Shown here piece after piece: positions 9,566 to 19,083 of a stretch of 29,929 nt of DNA. The notes under the pieces were generated by a model that was given only the letters and a program-made list of their open reading frames with translations, was not told where the DNA came from and searched no databases. This DNA comes from a virus. Its lineage: Duplodnaviria; Caudoviricetes. The translations under genes and the position numbers were made by a program. The stretch covers positions 1-29,929 of IMG/VR virus record IMGVR_UViG_3300016665_000193, one strand, 5' to 3'. Numbering within the stretch: position 1 is the first letter of the stretch; each line of letters opens with the position of its first letter.

Positions 9566-11139
9566 TGGCGCTCGGCATCTTCGATATTGTTTTCAAGGTT
9601 ACAGGTGCAGGAGATGCCGTTCAGGCACTTCGGAACATCAAGTCTGAAGCGAAACAAACCGCCGATACATTCGAGCAGACGAAACAATCATCTGACGCTC
9701 TCGGCAAGCAGTTTCAAGGTCTTCTGGCTGGAGCCGCCATTGCTGGCTTCGCAAAGTCAGCACTCGATGCAGCTGTTAACTACGACTCACTCCAGCGTGC
9801 TCTCGCCACGACTGTCGGTTCCACATCCGAACTGACGGCTGAGATGGACCGACTGCGGAAGATTGCACTCCTTCCAGGCATCAACCTCGAGCAGACAGTC
9901 AAGGGATTCATCCGTCTGAGATCCGCGAAGTTTGACGCGAACACAGCTGAGAAGGCACTTGCAGGTGTGGCGAATGCTGTGGCTTCTGTCGGTGCATCTG
10001 CCGATACAGTCGAGCGTGTCATCACTGCAATGAGCCAGCTCGCGAATGGAACGCAGGTCAACCAGGAAGAACTGAACCAACTTCGCGAAGCACTGCCATC
10101 GTTCGGAAAAGCGATGGAGGCGGCATTCGGAACACAGAACGCTGAAAAGATTCGAGCGATGGGCATCAGCGGTGCAGATGCAGCCAAGCGAATCGCCGAT
10201 GCGTTCAATGCCATGCCAAAAGCATCTGCCGGTCTTCAAACGGCTGTCGACAACGTAGCGGACACATACAACCAGCTACAGGTAGCAGTCGGAAACGTGA
10301 TGGCATCGATGCTTGTCGCATTCGGTCCTGCTGTTACATCGGCGCTCGAAGGCACGACGAAGCTGATTCAAGAAATGACCAAAGCAGGAACAGCGGCGAA
10401 CGCCATGTTCAAAGCATTGATCGCTATCGGTCTCGCCGCCTTTATTGTCGATGTGTCTGTGAAGTTCGGAATGTTTGTCAAAGCGATATACGCAACCGTG
10501 ACAGCACTTCGTGCTTTAACTATTGCTGAAGTGGTCGCGAAGGCAGCTGCAAACCCGGCAGCGGCGGCGGCATCGATTGCCGGAATCATAGCGGCGACTG
10601 GCCTGACAATTGGCGCGTTTGCCATCATGGACAAGATGTTCAAAACACCAGGTGTTCCACAGGTACAAGCGACCGGCAACACGGCTGGTGCTCCACTCGC
10701 ACCATTGCCACAAATGTCTGGCATCGGTAATGCAGCAGACACAGCTGCGAAGGCTGGCAAATCCACCGAAGGCAAGGGCGGCGGTGGATTGATTGGAACG
10801 ATGGTCGCCATTGCTGAATACGCCGCCAGAATGCAAGCGGCATTCGTCGACATGGCGAAGTCGATGGAAGGACACCTGTTCGAGATCGCGAAAAACACTG
10901 GCAGTACTCGAGATTTGCTTGACCTACGAAAACAGACATTCGGAGGCGGACGCCTGGGCGCCATCGGTGTCACGGCTTCGGAGATTGCAACGGCTGGAAA
11001 CAACCCGACGAACGTCGGTGGTGTTGGCATTATTCCACAGACACTCATTCCAGCATCCACTGACCTCGAGCGTTCGATGCGGAAGATGATGATTCAGGCT
11101 GGACGGCAGAATCTGGTCACTGAGATGAGGAGAATCTAA
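9565..11139 (+). CDS. Tape measure protein
   Basis: Ala-rich helical protein with tape-measure domain motif AMSQLANG..EELNQLREALP and hydrophobic C-terminal half. Confidence 0.92.
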   Translation: MALGIFDIVFKVTGAGDAVQALRNIKSEAKQTADTFEQTKQSSDALGKQFQGLLAGAAIAGFAKSALDAAVNYDSLQRALATTVGSTSELTAEMDRLRKIALLPGINLEQTVKGFIRLRSAKFDANTAEKALAGVANAVASVGASADTVERVITAMSQLANGTQVNQEELNQLREALPSFGKAMEAAFGTQNAEKIRAMGISGADAAKRIADAFNAMPKASAGLQTAVDNVADTYNQLQVAVGNVMASMLVAFGPAVTSALEGTTKLIQEMTKAGTAANAMFKALIAIGLAAFIVDVSVKFGMFVKAIYATVTALRALTIAEVVAKAAANPAAAAASIAGIIAATGLTIGAFAIMDKMFKTPGVPQVQATGNTAGAPLAPLPQMSGIGNAADTAAKAGKSTEGKGGGGLIGTMVAIAEYAARMQAAFVDMAKSMEGHLFEIAKNTGSTRDLLDLRKQTFGGGRLGAIGVTASEIATAGNNPTNVGGVGIIPQTLIPASTDLERSMRKMMIQAGRQNLVTEMRRI

Positions 11140-13379
11140 TGGCGACAAACTGGCCGTTATTGGTCGAAGTCGACTGTCCTGAGCCACGTCCTGACCTTGG
11201 ACGTGTCTGCGTCGGTGCTGATGGAACCTGCTGGGACCGACAGCTCTCGACTGGATGGTATGACTCTGTGACGAACACGGTCATGCCTGCGCCTCTACCT
11301 GTCACTGAAGCATGGTCAAGCAACTACAGTGGACTCTATGCGCGTGTGCCACGAAGCGCCTACACGCTCACTACAGGCAGTGTATGGAAGCAAATGGAGG
11401 TCAACGCCTCCGGAGATTATTACCTCACTGCGACGACGCTTGGAACAGCAAACACGGAATGGGTCCGCACCACTGCATCGTATGGCGTCAATCAAGGATG
11501 GTACATTTCTGCCTACGTTCCAAACTGGGTCGATGCTTCGCCATTGCCTATCCTTCGCGTTCAATGGGGATACGGTGGAGCGAACACAGTCGAGCTGGTT
11601 TTCCGTGCGAATGGTTCCTGTATCGTCTACAAGAACGGTATCCAGAAAGGTGTCTATGACCAATCAGACACGAACAAAACGCCAGGACGAAGCGTCACAA
11701 GCGCGAGTGCTGTAGGACAGCGAAACATCGCGCTGATGCTGATTCCGTTCAAGCGCCGCGAACTTCTGGTCACATCGACATTTGGTGCGAACTTCTCACA
11801 CCTCTTCGAGGATCTGAATGACACGCCAGGACAAACCATCGTGCCATCCGGGAGTTTCGCATGGCGTGTTCCGTATGGTCGACCAACCGTCCAGATTGCA
11901 CCGATTGCATTTGAGGAAATAGGCGCCTTCTACTCGAAGCCAATCAAACTCCGATACGCTCCTCCGACAGGTGCGACTTTCGTAGGCACTGTATGGTCTG
12001 ACGTGGTTGGAACATCGACAGGAAGCATCACCGAAACAGTGACGCTCGTCGACGCTGGAAACTCTCCGTACACGCCGGATGGAATCATCGACACAGTGCG
12101 CTTGAAACTTACGGTGACCACTCCATCGCCATATACGCGAACATCTGGTGTGGCGGCAGCCATGGCCACATACACGCCTGCTGCGACAGCGACAGCAGAT
12201 GAACCAGTGGACATCACGCAGTACATCGATGACCTGACGCTATCTGTCGATGAGACTTCGCGGACAACGCTTCGCATGACAGCCAGGCGAGGAGCACTCG
12301 AGTCTGCTGGTGTTCAACAGCCACAAATCACCAGTGACCGACCGATTCGTGTGGCACTCTCGAACAGCGCGACGCCTACACCGACATACATCGACATCTT
12401 TCGAGGAACGCTCGCTCCTCCGCAGATTCAGTATGAGCAAGCTGACCTGTCGCTGAACTTCTCTAAACTACAGTACGAAGGACAGGACCGCTCACGCGAT
12501 TTTGAACTGTATTACTTCCAGGATGGAATCCTCTACGATGGATATACCGGAGAAGATGCCATCGGTGACATGATGACACTGGCTGGATATCCTCCGGCCA
12601 CTTACCTCGAATACAACGACGCGACAGGAACAGAGATCTCGCGGAGTCCAGACATCGCTCGTGGTTACAGTTCATTCGTTCCACAGCGTGGCGACACCAT
12701 CGCCTCGATGCTACAGAAGCTCAAGACCGACTACTGCGCGAACTTCATCACCGGCTGGAGTCCGACTACGTCTGGGTACAAGTTCCAGTGGGCGAATCCG
12801 ATTGACCTAAGCACGACCAGTGTGATGACTTTGTATCAAAGCGTTGCCGCAGCAGCTGCCGCTGGCGTGTCTGGAGCATTGCAGGCAAAGCGTGTCGTGC
12901 GTCGCATGACGGCGCATTATGAGAGTCCTGAATGTAACCAAGTAACGGTCATCGGGCAGGACCCAAGGAATGGCGACCTTCTCTATTCCTACGACGCGGA
13001 TGCGGCGAGCCAGACAGCAGACACGCTACCAGCAGACCGACCGTATAACTGGCGCGGTCGACCTGTGCCATACATTCTGTCTGATCCGAGCATCACGAAC
13101 ACCAGTGTGGCCTATCAGGCAACCGTCGCACTTCGTGACAGACTGATGACTGGTCGCATCCTCATCGAGTGGGAGAGCGACTTCCTGGTCTTATCATCGA
13201 ACAACCGACCCTTGTGGGTCCGTGACGTTGTGACAATCATGCAACCAGACGGAACGACAGTAAAGGGTGTCTATCGAATCATCGCGATTCCGACCATCGA
13301 GTTCGTGGTCGAGAATGGAGCGGTCCAGTTCCGGAAGGCTGTCTATCGTGGCGTGTATCTCAGCGGTGGACCTGAATAA
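11139..13379 (+). CDS. Tail-tip hub/distal tail protein
   Basis: Follows TMP; DITQYIDDLTLS, GQDRSRD, NQVTVIG and VRDVVTI resemble hub (gp27/gpD-like) patterns. Confidence 0.6.
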   Translation: MATNWPLLVEVDCPEPRPDLGRVCVGADGTCWDRQLSTGWYDSVTNTVMPAPLPVTEAWSSNYSGLYARVPRSAYTLTTGSVWKQMEVNASGDYYLTATTLGTANTEWVRTTASYGVNQGWYISAYVPNWVDASPLPILRVQWGYGGANTVELVFRANGSCIVYKNGIQKGVYDQSDTNKTPGRSVTSASAVGQRNIALMLIPFKRRELLVTSTFGANFSHLFEDLNDTPGQTIVPSGSFAWRVPYGRPTVQIAPIAFEEIGAFYSKPIKLRYAPPTGATFVGTVWSDVVGTSTGSITETVTLVDAGNSPYTPDGIIDTVRLKLTVTTPSPYTRTSGVAAAMATYTPAATATADEPVDITQYIDDLTLSVDETSRTTLRMTARRGALESAGVQQPQITSDRPIRVALSNSATPTPTYIDIFRGTLAPPQIQYEQADLSLNFSKLQYEGQDRSRDFELYYFQDGILYDGYTGEDAIGDMMTLAGYPPATYLEYNDATGTEISRSPDIARGYSSFVPQRGDTIASMLQKLKTDYCANFITGWSPTTSGYKFQWANPIDLSTTSVMTLYQSVAAAAAAGVSGALQAKRVVRRMTAHYESPECNQVTVIGQDPRNGDLLYSYDADAASQTADTLPADRPYNWRGRPVPYILSDPSITNTSVAYQATVALRDRLMTGRILIEWESDFLVLSSNNRPLWVRDVVTIMQPDGTTVKGVYRIIAIPTIEFVVENGAVQFRKAVYRGVYLSGGPE

Positions 13380-16318
13380 TGGCCTACATCGATGGCACAC
13401 GTACATCGACGCTTACGATGTCCCACACGCAGAACGTCACCGAGCGCATCTGGAATCCATTCGCGCTACAGCCTCTCGAGCCTGACTACGATACGCACTT
13501 CACGAACTTCACATTCGGTGGACATCTAGGATTTCTTGGCTCACTGGCGATTGTCTCGACAGTGAATGCGCCATCACCTGGTGCAACGTGGACATGGGAA
13601 CTTCGAGCTAACCTCAGCGTGAACAACGGCCACGGCTCGACGAATAGTGGTTATGTGGTCCTGGCATCAGGAACCGAGACAGGCGCCACAAACTACAAAG
13701 ATGTGTCAGTGACGTGTGCTGGAACATTCAGCGCATCGGTATCGACCGACAAACTGTGGGCGGTGACTGAAACCGCGTACAGTTCAAGCGTCGCGCCGAC
13801 GGTATTCCCTCCGAACACTACCTATCGCTGGTATGAGATGACAACATCAGGCGCCACGGCAGCGTGCAGTATCACTGCCAATGGTGGAAGCATCAGCGTG
13901 TCCGCAGCTGCGACATCGAGGCGTACAGCAGATTACACGGCCATCCTGACAGCGAATGGATTCTCAAGCGGTGACGTCCGACACGACTTCGCTATTTCTC
14001 TGGTGAAGGTCAACACGGTCGCTGTGCATGACATTGCACACGCTCACACCTTCCACGCACAAAGCGCGACAGAATGGAGTCTGTCTGTACTTGGAACGAC
14101 TGACGCATTCGGCATCGTCTCGACAGCGAGCGCAACCATCAGCACATCATCGTGCCTTGACAGGAATGTGTCTGTCATTGGTCGCACTCGAGCATGGTCG
14201 ACATCGTATCCAGACTCGCTCAGTGTAGTCGTGACAGGCTTCGATGGTTCGTCCAGGACAATCAGCGGAACAGGCTCGATGTCAGGGTCCGATACGTTCG
14301 TGGACTACTCGACGACGACAGTCCTGACAGATCCAGACTACGGTTCCAACACTCTGACAACCGCGCTCGATGACGTTCCGGCCAGCATCTCATGCGCCAT
14401 CACATCGGCATCACTTACAGCTGTCGGTGAGGCATCAAGCGAGACACGGTGCATGTTCCGAGGATTCCGCTTCAATGGCTGGTCTTTGGCATACAACACG
14501 ACACGAAGCATCGCAGGAACAGGTAACGACCGACTGTTCGCTCCCTGGGAAGGCATGTCGGGATATCGCTACCTTGACATCCAGATCAAGGCGCAAAGCG
14601 GGACGAATGTCGCTGGGACCTTCGTCATAACTGACTACCATGGCAATACAAAGACATGGAACATCACAGCTGCGACGACCTCGTATCAGACAGTTACCAT
14701 CGACCTGTGCAGTCCGGATGCATGGTCTGTGTCTGCGCTTCCACTTACTGATGGCAAGGACAATCCTTATCCGCGCAAGAATACCGCCAGTAGTTCCTAC
14801 GCTGGCTCAGAGAGCGTCGATTCGGCTTATTGGGGTGTTACGGCATGCCAGCGCCTCCGCATCGCCACAGGGGCAATCGACCTCGGCACAACGACGCTGA
14901 AGCAGGACACGACGAACGGCTTCACGAACAGTCACTATGTTCCATCTGGTCTTGGATACGAGCACGAACGCATCACCCCGGCCATCGTCGCCGAAGCAGG
15001 CACGACAACGTACTATTATTCTCGCCGCTTCTGGCAACAGAAGAACGATGGACGCGATGAAGAGGAGAGTGACTACTGGTGGCAGAAGACTGTCGGCGGT
15101 GCGACTGGCGTCACGACATACAGTGTCACGCCGCTCTCGATCAGCGACCTCGCTGGACAGGTCAATGCATCCGATGACAGCATTGTTCGACATCCTGGCT
15201 GGACTGCCACAAACAGTGTTGCGTACCCGGGCAGTGGTACCTGTAGCGTCTCACAACCGCCATTGCGTGACTGTTTCCTCAATGGTGGCACAGGAATATC
15301 TACGTGGCTGTATGGCGGTGGAATCCTCGCAACAGCCAACGCGACATCCGGAACTGACTTCGCCTATGGCTTCGAGATCGGAACAGGAACCGTCACGGCT
15401 CAGACGCTGTTCGACTCTATCAATGGCGACTTTATCCCTGATCTGTACGACCCGTTCGATGTCAATGGCGGAACAGACTCCGCGCTGTACCTTCCATTCG
15501 GCGCCATCCTTCGTGGTCCAGCGCATGGCATCGTCCTTAAGACAAACGGAGACCCGGCAACGTCCGGAACCGTAACGCTTCAGCTCTCGAGCGACAGTTC
15601 ATCCAGGGGAACAGACTCGACATTCGATGCGCTTGGAAACTATCAGACAGGCTTACCATTCGGACTCGGCAAAGCGAATCATTCCATCGTCATCGGAGCA
15701 TCAAGTGTCGGTGTCAATCCGATGTACTCCGCGAAGCGTCAGCGAGCTGTATTCCGTGAAGAAACTCTCGCGGGAAACTGCACGGCTGCGGACTGCTCAC
15801 CAGCACAGCAGGCAACATATGGTGTCATCACTGCATCTGGCGGTGTGAAGCTGTATCACTCCCGAGCACACAACGGCACGAACTGGGACGAAGTCACGAC
15901 ACCGATCACGAACGCGGAATGTCTCAGCCTGGCGTATCAGAAGCACAGTGGTTCGATGAGTCTCATCATCATCGTGGACACGACCAGCGGTGAAGTGAAG
16001 CGGTACACAACCGACGACGAAGGGAACACAGTCAGCGTGGCAACAACAATCGGTACCGGGGCACACGGAACAGTCTGTGTTTCCCCGAATGGAATGGAAT
16101 ACATCTTCTTCCGCACCAGCTCGTCAAACATCCAGCGCGTCAAGCGTGACCCGATGGGTAACGTGATTACAGCTGCGTCGAATGTCGTGACGGGTAATGT
16201 GTCGGATGACGAGATCGCGTGCTACTGGCGCCTCGGAGTCGTGTATCTGATTTACACGCACACCGCGAATGGCATCACCATTGTGTCATCGAGCGACGAC
16301 GCTGAAACATTCTCCTGA
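13379..16318 (+). CDS. Large tail-tip/receptor-binding protein with Asp-box-like C-terminal motifs
   Basis: 979 aa, Thr/Ser-rich beta protein, last tail gene; SRAHNGTNW, TTDDEGNTV and SSSDDAETF. Confidence 0.6.
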   Translation: MAYIDGTRTSTLTMSHTQNVTERIWNPFALQPLEPDYDTHFTNFTFGGHLGFLGSLAIVSTVNAPSPGATWTWELRANLSVNNGHGSTNSGYVVLASGTETGATNYKDVSVTCAGTFSASVSTDKLWAVTETAYSSSVAPTVFPPNTTYRWYEMTTSGATAACSITANGGSISVSAAATSRRTADYTAILTANGFSSGDVRHDFAISLVKVNTVAVHDIAHAHTFHAQSATEWSLSVLGTTDAFGIVSTASATISTSSCLDRNVSVIGRTRAWSTSYPDSLSVVVTGFDGSSRTISGTGSMSGSDTFVDYSTTTVLTDPDYGSNTLTTALDDVPASISCAITSASLTAVGEASSETRCMFRGFRFNGWSLAYNTTRSIAGTGNDRLFAPWEGMSGYRYLDIQIKAQSGTNVAGTFVITDYHGNTKTWNITAATTSYQTVTIDLCSPDAWSVSALPLTDGKDNPYPRKNTASSSYAGSESVDSAYWGVTACQRLRIATGAIDLGTTTLKQDTTNGFTNSHYVPSGLGYEHERITPAIVAEAGTTTYYYSRRFWQQKNDGRDEEESDYWWQKTVGGATGVTTYSVTPLSISDLAGQVNASDDSIVRHPGWTATNSVAYPGSGTCSVSQPPLRDCFLNGGTGISTWLYGGGILATANATSGTDFAYGFEIGTGTVTAQTLFDSINGDFIPDLYDPFDVNGGTDSALYLPFGAILRGPAHGIVLKTNGDPATSGTVTLQLSSDSSSRGTDSTFDALGNYQTGLPFGLGKANHSIVIGASSVGVNPMYSAKRQRAVFREETLAGNCTAADCSPAQQATYGVITASGGVKLYHSRAHNGTNWDEVTTPITNAECLSLAYQKHSGSMSLIIIVDTTSGEVKRYTTDDEGNTVSVATTIGTGAHGTVCVSPNGMEYIFFRTSSSNIQRVKRDPMGNVITAASNVVTGNVSDDEIACYWRLGVVYLIYTHTANGITIVSSSDDAETFS

Positions 16319-16351
16319 TTCCAACATGTAAGGATTTCTTACAAGTTGCTC

Positions 16352-16389
16352 AAAAGGAAACGCCTCCAGGAAGGGGTCGCTGGAGGCGT
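16352..16389 (-). terminator. Rho-independent terminator, minus orientation
   Basis: Perfect 10-bp stem ACGCCTCCAG/CTGGAGGCGT; T-rich tail TTCCTTTT only on the minus strand. Confidence 0.6.
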
Positions 16390-16433
16390 GAGGATTAGGT
16401 TTAGAACCCGGTTGGACGTTAGGAGTATACATC

Positions 16434-16979
16434 ATGGATGAGCGCCGAATAGCACTGTTATCGACTGAACTGGCCATCGCAAACATAGGCGTCCAAGAAG
16501 TCGGAGAGAATCGCGGAAAAGCAGTCGAAGCATATCAAGCATCCTGCAAACCGCCTGTACCTGCCGGCTCTCCGTGGTGCGCGGCACACGTCCGCTTCCG
16601 CCACAAGCAAGCAGCGACACAGCTTGGCATCACATACGACGAGACTTTTCCTCGTTCTGCATATTGTCCTGACTGGTCGAGATGGTTCAAGAATAATGGC
16701 CTATGGCTTCCAGTCCAGCACATTCGAGACGGTACGACCACGAAGCGTCCACGGCGTGGAGATCTCGCGCTGTTCTACTTTCCAGCGCTCGCACGCATCG
16801 CTCACATCGGCATCGTGACACGGGTCGAGGAATGGGGCGTGTATACAGTCGAAGGAAACACATCGCCGGAACCATCCGATGAACTTTCAGTCGAGCGTGA
16901 TGGCGATGGACTCTATGCGAAGAAGCGCGACTGGAGAGAGTTTGGGAAGTTCGGCGGCTTCGGCTTCGTGAACTTCTGA
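16434..16979 (+). CDS. Endolysin, CHAP-family peptidoglycan hydrolase
   Basis: PWCAA (Cys), PRRGDL, HIGIV (His) and VEGNT; TAGGAG SD. Confidence 0.88.
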   Translation: MDERRIALLSTELAIANIGVQEVGENRGKAVEAYQASCKPPVPAGSPWCAAHVRFRHKQAATQLGITYDETFPRSAYCPDWSRWFKNNGLWLPVQHIRDGTTTKRPRRGDLALFYFPALARIAHIGIVTRVEEWGVYTVEGNTSPEPSDELSVERDGDGLYAKKRDWREFGKFGGFGFVNF

Positions 16980-16988
16980 GTCTGACAA

Positions 16989-17062
16989 ACCAAAAGACCA
17001 CCCGAACTCATAGGCTTCGTCCTGCAAGCAGGGGCTATGCGACCCGGTGGTCTTCTGTTGGT
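16989..17062. terminator. Long stem-loop between convergent operons, probable bidirectional terminator
   Basis: AAGACCACC(16994-17002)/GGTGGTCTT(17046-17054) encloses CATAG../..CTATG and CCTG/CAGG stems; T-rich tails on both strands. Confidence 0.6.
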
Positions 17063-17117
17063 GTTGTTACTTATTTGGTTTACCACTGTGGGAGGCAGTG
17101 GCAAATGATTTATACAT

Positions 17118-17336
17118 CTAACGCCAGACGTGCACCACTTTTTCTGTGTGCGCTGGATTCTCTTCGATGCGATAGGAAACGATGCCATCGAGCGCAGGGT
17201 GAATCATGATGATTGCACCATCCTGGTGCAGACGCTCCAGAATCTCGTGCTCGCTTGCTTTGAGTAACCACAGGAGTCCTTCAGGCTTCTCCGGTACGCG
17301 CTCGATCTCTTTATCTACTGCTGGTTTTCGTGCCAT
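17118..17336 (-). CDS. Hypothetical protein
   Basis: GGAGGTGG SD before ATG 17336; fills the gap after thyX. Confidence 0.7.
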   Translation of the reverse strand: MARKPAVDKEIERVPEKPEGLLWLLKASEHEILERLHQDGAIIMIHPALDGIVSYRIEENPAHTEKVVHVWR

Positions 17337-17363
17337 ATAAACCACCTCCACACCAGTATGGTG

Positions 17364-17993
17364 CTATGACAATGCTTCCATCGTTATCGGCAGATGTTCC
17401 AGCATGATGTTCTGGATGCTCTGTGCGATGTTTCGATGCTCGAGCTGCGTGTCGGCGCCTGTTCGCAGCTGCACGTAATGTATCCAGGAACGAATGGTGC
17501 CTGACATATACATCGTGGTCGGAGTGCAAAGCGGCAAGACCATTCGAGCAGTCTCCGCAGCGATTCCATTCGCCATCAGATCTCGATAAACATCAGTCGC
17601 GAACTCGATGGCAGAACCGACCAAATACAGCGCGTCCTGCTGTTCTTTGGTCAGTTCTTCCACCTTCGGTAGTGGCAGGCTTGATTGCCGATTGTGAGCG
17701 CCAGCGAGGCGCATCTCGGGGACCTCTATGTCCTCGACTACTGTCGCGTATCGTTGGGAAAACTCCTGGAACGAGAATGAACGATGTCGCAGAATCTGAG
17801 CTGCAATCGCTCGTGTGGTCTTTATCTCGACGCACATCGACGCCTGTTCAAAGATTGACCAGTGTCCGTGACCGACGCAGTATCTTAATAACCTCGTGAC
17901 ATCCGGATTGTTCTGGTTCGATGGATTCGAGACTCGAGCACAATATCCGATGACCTTCTCAGCATCTGGCGTGATCCAGATTAGCTTTGTCAT
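17364..17993 (-). CDS. thyX: FAD-dependent thymidylate synthase
   Basis: GHWSIFEQ, RHRSFSFQEFSQRY signature, ETARMVLP and TQLEHR. Confidence 0.96.
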   Translation of the reverse strand: MTKLIWITPDAEKVIGYCARVSNPSNQNNPDVTRLLRYCVGHGHWSIFEQASMCVEIKTTRAIAAQILRHRSFSFQEFSQRYATVVEDIEVPEMRLAGAHNRQSSLPLPKVEELTKEQQDALYLVGSAIEFATDVYRDLMANGIAAETARMVLPLCTPTTMYMSGTIRSWIHYVQLRTGADTQLEHRNIAQSIQNIMLEHLPITMEALS

Positions 17994-18223
17994 TTCACTT
18001 CCTCCCAGTCATCTTTGAGAAACTCACTTGCCTCTACGTAACGGACTGGAACATGAGAACAAATACCACCGTTTGGTACATCCACATAGATAATAATGCC
18101 TGTGACTTCTGCTCCATCCTTACGGGTAATTGTGTGGACCTTAGCGTATTGCTTTTCTTGCCATTCTTTACGACGAACTTTGAAACGCGTCTTCAATCTA
18201 ATCAGTGCTTCAAGTCCTGTCAT
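17990..18223 (-). CDS. DUF2829/Tad2-like protein (solitary paralogue)
   Basis: MTGLEALIRLK..KVRRKEW N-terminus and FLKDDWEEVK C-terminus; AT-rich. Confidence 0.7.
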   Translation of the reverse strand: MTGLEALIRLKTRFKVRRKEWQEKQYAKVHTITRKDGAEVTGIIIYVDVPNGGICSHVPVRYVEASEFLKDDWEEVK

Positions 18224-18525
18224 CGTTTCACCTTCTGTTTTTGTCTTTCAGCTTCGGTTTGCATGTTGAAATCACTCATAACAGAGAGACATTTTGCCAA
18301 AAACAATCGAGTGTAACGTCCAAACAATGGCCATTGTTCGCTAATTTCTTTATTAGCAGCTGCGTGCCATTGCCATAAAGGAATCCGGTCTTTCATGTCA
18401 TGACAAGCGGAACAGCACGGAACAATGTCCGTGCCGCCGTTTCGTTCAGGTATTGGCATGTGATCGCCAGCATTCTTCGCGGAGTGACAAAACATCACTC
18501 CGCAGTAGTAGCATTCAGATGTCAT
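18220..18525 (-). CDS. HNH endonuclease-like protein
   Basis: CYYC..DHMPIP..GG..VPCCSACH. Confidence 0.8.
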   Translation of the reverse strand: MTSECYYCGVMFCHSAKNAGDHMPIPERNGGTDIVPCCSACHDMKDRIPLWQWHAAANKEISEQWPLFGRYTRLFLAKCLSVMSDFNMQTEAERQKQKVKR

Positions 18526-19070
18526 GCGTTCGGCTCCTCCTCGCCCAGGACGAAGTGTGAGCCATTGTGGTATCCCGGAATCGGCTTCGGTGTAGGCGCT
18601 AGTTTGCGAACAGTGTTCTGAGCTGGTGGTCCCGGCTTGAGTTGTGGACGTGCCTGTGGCTGTTGTCCTATCGCGCCATTGCCATCGTCATCCTCGTCAG
18701 ATGCCAGGCTGAGAAGTGCACTGAGACTGTAGCGTCGACCATACGACAGTGCACTGCCGAATCCGTGCGATGTCTGTTGCATCACAGGAACCTGGACGAC
18801 TCCAGCGATCCACTCGCCTGAGCTGTGAATCACGCGACTCTCGACAGTGATGCTGGTACTGTGCTCGCCATCGATGGTGTCCAGCACCGACTGCACGACG
18901 AACAGGCCATGCTTCGCCATCACTGGTCGAACGACCTCCATGATGGCATCGAGCGACGTGTACTTACTGCGAAACGCTGGATTCGTCGAATCCTTCACGA
19001 TTGGTTTGATTTCCGCCTGTGCCTTCACAAGCGCCGGCGCGATTGCACCGATTGTCTCCGACATTGTCAT
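18522..19070 (-). CDS. erf: ERF-family single-strand annealing protein
   Basis: ALVKAQAE, NPAFRSKYTSL, HSSGEW, GSALSYGRRYSL and DEDDDGN. Confidence 0.93.
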   Translation of the reverse strand: MTMSETIGAIAPALVKAQAEIKPIVKDSTNPAFRSKYTSLDAIMEVVRPVMAKHGLFVVQSVLDTIDGEHSTSITVESRVIHSSGEWIAGVVQVPVMQQTSHGFGSALSYGRRYSLSALLSLASDEDDDGNGAIGQQPQARPQLKPGPPAQNTVRKLAPTPKPIPGYHNGSHFVLGEEEPNA

Positions 19071-19083
19071 TGTCCTAATCCTC
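19064..19083 (-). repeat. 20-bp direct repeat, copy 1 (RBS and start of erf)
   Basis: Minus-strand GAGGATTAGGACAATGACAA, identical to 19781-19800. Confidence 0.9.

Noticed and set aside
9780-11060. Long antisense and alternate-frame ORFs over TMP and other core genes
   Set aside because: Shadow ORFs expected in moderately GC-rich DNA; no motifs or RBS
16989-17062. Hammerhead ribozyme (GGACGAAG on the minus strand)
   Set aside because: No CUGANGA core in the required position
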